From assembly GCA_963765585.1 (NCBI GenBank), contig CAVXXB010000008.1, positions 405,111-469,110 on the forward strand: a DNA stretch of 64,000 bases. Direction: 5' to 3'. Within the stretch, counting starts at the first letter, position 1. Every line of letters begins with the position of its first letter. Under the pieces are notes generated by a model. That model was not told where the DNA came from. It did no database searches and saw only the letters and a list, made by a program, of their open reading frames with translations. A program made the translations under genes and the position numbers. Below, piece by piece: positions 61,072-64,000 of the stretch. Source of the DNA: Calditrichia bacterium (lineage in GTDB: Bacteria; Calditrichota; Calditrichia; JAJRVZ01).

Positions 61072-63600
61072 TTATCGCAGCAGAATTAATTTTTTAGTTT
61101 CATTAAAACCAGAACATTGTAGTCTGTAAAAATATACACCGCTGTTTAGATCTGAAGCATCAAATTCTATTTTGTGATATCCGCTTACTTTGTATTCGTG
61201 CACTAATGTTGCAACTTCTTTGCCTAATACATCATAGACTTTCAACTGCACAAATTCACTATGTGGCATTGAATAACTTATTGTTGTCAACGGATTAAAC
61301 GGATTCGGATAATTATCATACAATTCATATTTGGAAGGTACATCTCCCATTTCCGTTTTATCAATACCGGTCATGCCATGTTCAATTTTAATATCATCAA
61401 TAAACCAGCCAAGATGAGTGTTCTCCCCATCTGAAATAAACCGGAACCTCAGCCGAAAATCAGCAGAGCCACTATAATCGTTTAAAGAAATATTTATCTG
61501 TTCCCATGTGATCGTCAGGCCGCTGAATCCTTCACCAATTCTTTCCCAAATGACGCCGCCGTCAACACTGATTTCTACAAAACCGGTGTCTCCCTCCATA
61601 ATACTTTTCCTCGACCAGAATGTGAATTGCGGATTAATGACAGATGTGAGATTAAAAGAATAGGTATATTCAGCATAACTATCCATATTATTTTCATAAC
61701 GGAGACCCGGATTAACAGCCAAACAAAACTCGCCATTATTAACTATCCGGCTATCTCGCCCCCAACCAGCGTGAGTAGTCCACTTCGTAAAATCAGTCTC
61801 AAAGTCATCCAATAAATTGGTAACGTTAAAACTTGATTTGAGCGAATCTGAAGATTTATCCTGATCATTGGATAGATTTGTAATAAAGACAATGTCATAA
61901 TTTGCGCTACTTGATGCATTCCAGTTATCAAAAGTTACTGTTTCCATCTCGAAAGTACCTATGTTGTCAATCGTTTTAATGTTAGAATAGACTATCTCAC
62001 CTTCGGATCTAATTTCGCAAGAAATTGGGACATTAAGCTCTTCGTTTTCACCAATATTCCATACGATTAACTCGGGCGAATGGTTAGTCGTGAAAGCAGG
62101 GATGTTTTCAAATTTAGATGTCTGTTTAAATGCGAGCAAATTATGCTCAAGTTTTTCAACGGATGTTATTTCTACAGTAGTAGTACTATTTGCCTTAAGA
62201 TCAATACTCACATCAACAACATGCACTGCATCACCATCAAAAGCCTGCATTATTATTCCGTTTCGATTAATATATTCCTTTCCTTTTGGCAGGATAAAAC
62301 GTACCCTGGCGCTTTCAATGGGAAAATTGAATTTATTAATAATGGTTGCCCTATTATATGCCTTTGTTCCGTTATTTTCGTCGGAATAATCTCAATTTAA
62401 GTTTACAGGTATTATAATTCATGTCGGTCTCAAGCCCTGCATGACCGGAATATGAATTTCCTACCGTTTCAAAGGTACCCTTAATATTATCAATTTTATA
62501 CAAGTTAAACGGAGCACCGTTAATGCCATTCTGGACACCGGCTGCTGTATAAATTATAGGTTTTCCGTCAATGGAATAAGGATTAGTAGTATAGCGGTGA
62601 ATATGTCCGCCCAGCAGTAATCCAAAAGGTGCGCCTACATTCTTAAATGCATTATACAAGGGAGGGACACTTTCCTGGGGGACATGAAAAAAACCGATCC
62701 TTAAATTGCCTTTTCCTACACTGTCAATCCAGTCTTGTGGCTGCATCAAGTTGCCATTGATAATTTGCTACATAACCCGGATCACCACCCCCGGTAGAAG
62801 GGCACCAGGAGTTAGTTATCCCAACAAAACGTGTGTTGCCATAGGTGAAATTCTGGCATGTAAGTCCAAAATATTCATTCCAAGCCCGTGCCGGAGTGGC
62901 CAGGTCCGGCTCGTTGTAATAGTTATGTGTAGGCGTATCATGATTGCCCGGAATCGCAAAATATGCTGTATTTAGGTTATTCAACCCGTTTATAGTTCCT
63001 GTACCATTTATGAATTCATCTAATCTAGCTAAATTTGTACTACTATTGCTACTTTGCCAGTAACAATCTCCTGTTTCAATAAACATTTCAGGCGCTATAA
63101 TATTGGCAATATCAATCACGCTCGATTGTTCAGGGTAGATAATACCCGGGGTATCTTTACTGGCCTCCCATCTATGCGGATCTGAAAAGTGCATAATATA
63201 GTAGCTGCTTTTATACTCCTTAATCACCTTTACCGCTGCTAAAGATATTTCATCGCCAGTGGCAATTTTCAAAATCAGATTATACCGGTCGGCCGGTGCG
63301 TCTTCAGGTACTTGTACGTTAATTTTGCGATTGTAAGTGTTCCCCGACCACTTGTCGTATATCCAGTTACCATTTTCAACACTAAAGGAAGTACTAACAC
63401 TATTATACGGCCCTTGTAACTCTACCGAATCGATGATTTGCCCATCATCGGCATCAAACCATACCTCAAAGTTTTCTCCAGATTTTACAATTGCGGTTGT
63501 AGCCCGCCAGGGATAAATAATCTTTCCACACCATCCGGTGCTATAGAAGCTGAAAAGTTAAGAATAAGATTAAAAATAATGACGTATTGCTGCTTTTCAT
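61072..63600 (-). pseudogene. Secreted calcineurin-like metallophosphoesterase with a T9SS (Por) C-terminal sorting domain, read through 3-4 frameshifts
   Basis: Signal peptide MKSSNTSLFLILFLTFQLL* (63600..63541) ends in TAG. The next piece is out of frame (62724..63272, containing IPGNHD). Then comes 62372..62749 (GHIHRY). After that, 61072..62392 extends 5' of the annotated ATG (...NGTKAYNRATIINKFNFPIESARVRFILPKGKEY...) and ends in a T9SS CTD (VYFYRLQCSGFNETKKLILLR). One junction lies in a C5 run (caccacccccggt). Confidence 0.55.
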
Positions 63601-63777
63601 GTTACATACTCCTGTATAACAAATTTGGAATTTTTAATAGAATTATTATCTATATGCCAAGATAAAAACTATTAAATGTTGATGTGCCGGGTGAATTAAA
63701 ACGCGGCGCGTTGCATGCATAACATTGCCGTTTTCACTTTTTCAACTATCTCATCATCACATTTTCCCGGGAAATTT

Positions 63778-63999
63778 TCACTGGCCTATCCTAACGTTTA
63801 CGCATTCATATTTCTTATCATAAATTACTTCTGCATTCGAGTCATTAATTGTCAATGTTTGAAGTACGCCTTTTACACCGAGTGCTGCATTGATTATAGG
63901 TTGGCCTTCTATTACTACTTCCATATTGGCTCTGTCTGCAGTGAAGGCGGTATAGACTTTGGACAGGCTGTTAAGCACAATTCTATTGCCGGTTCTCAA
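63778..63999 (-). CDS. Partial ORF running off the window edge (5' end missing), unknown function
   Basis: 73 codons ending at the stop at 63778. The first codon in the window is TTG, not ATG, so the gene continues beyond 64000. Confidence 0.3.
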   Translation of the reverse strand: MRTGNRIVLNSLSKVYTAFTADRANMEVVIEGQPIINAALGVKGVLQTLTINDSNAEVIYDKKYECVNVRIGQ

Positions 64000-64000
64000 A

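Noticed and set aside
63438-63665. 75-aa +strand ORF
   Set aside because: It overlaps the signal-peptide-encoding 5' end of the frameshifted metallophosphoesterase gene on the opposite strand.
1-64000. Defence, toxin-antitoxin or phage-like system
   Set aside because: No P-loop ATPase, nuclease, integrase, recombinase or transposase ORF is encoded. The repeats found are non-autonomous and non-coding.
1-64000. tRNA, rRNA, tmRNA or RNase P genes in the larger gaps
   Set aside because: No cloverleaf-compatible stretches or conserved boxes were recognisable by eye in the gaps. This cannot be excluded without tRNAscan or Infernal.

Overview
The window (~42% GC) is almost entirely coding, and 36 of 37 genes are on the minus strand. 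A Por/T9SS C-terminal sorting domain (61072..62250) places it in the FCB group (Bacteroidota and relatives). Four gene blocks are visible. (1) 190..20478 is a hexuronate / sugar-acid module: a TonB-dependent receptor, an IdnO-like gluconate-5-dehydrogenase SDR, a divergent Nramp-family transporter, an IclR/KdgR-like regulator, an FAH-family hydrolase, transketolase, a secreted beta-helix protein, an FG-GAP protein, a TonB-C lipoprotein, a lipoprotein, a YiaK-like Ldh_2 dehydrogenase and glucuronate isomerase UxaC. (2) 22131..47037 is an expansion of secreted FG-GAP + ASPIC/UnbV (CRTAC1-like) paralogs interleaved with TPR proteins, two orphan Peripla_BP_6 binding proteins, a Reg_prop beta-propeller protein and two beta-propeller/c-type cytochrome fusions. 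(3) 47059..48561 holds DAHP synthase and a RidA-family protein. (4) 48723..63600 is a glycan-uptake and degradation block: a ROK kinase, two MFS sugar transporters, a GH3 fragment, GH92, two sulfatases (one fused to a GDPD domain) and a secreted metallophosphoesterase with a T9SS C-terminal domain. No nuclease/ATPase-type defence system, CRISPR array, rRNA or tRNA was seen. The least expected content is non-coding. There is a ~128-bp tandem repeat array of about 7.5 copies at 4157..5090. The intergenic regions share a recurring vocabulary of short words (CTCGCAGAG, GAATGACA, TTAGAAGTT, AATTCCTAA, GGATACAG, CACGGATTA), usually arranged as long imperfect inverted repeats, and the most recurrent unit is a hairpin followed by ATGAC. 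This includes two MITE-like copies that bracket uxaC and a methyltransferase gene, a TIR-bounded element between them, and inverted repeats flanking a CRTAC1 paralog. At least six genes are interrupted by frameshifts, several within homopolymers, so this is either a low-quality consensus or extensive pseudogenisation.
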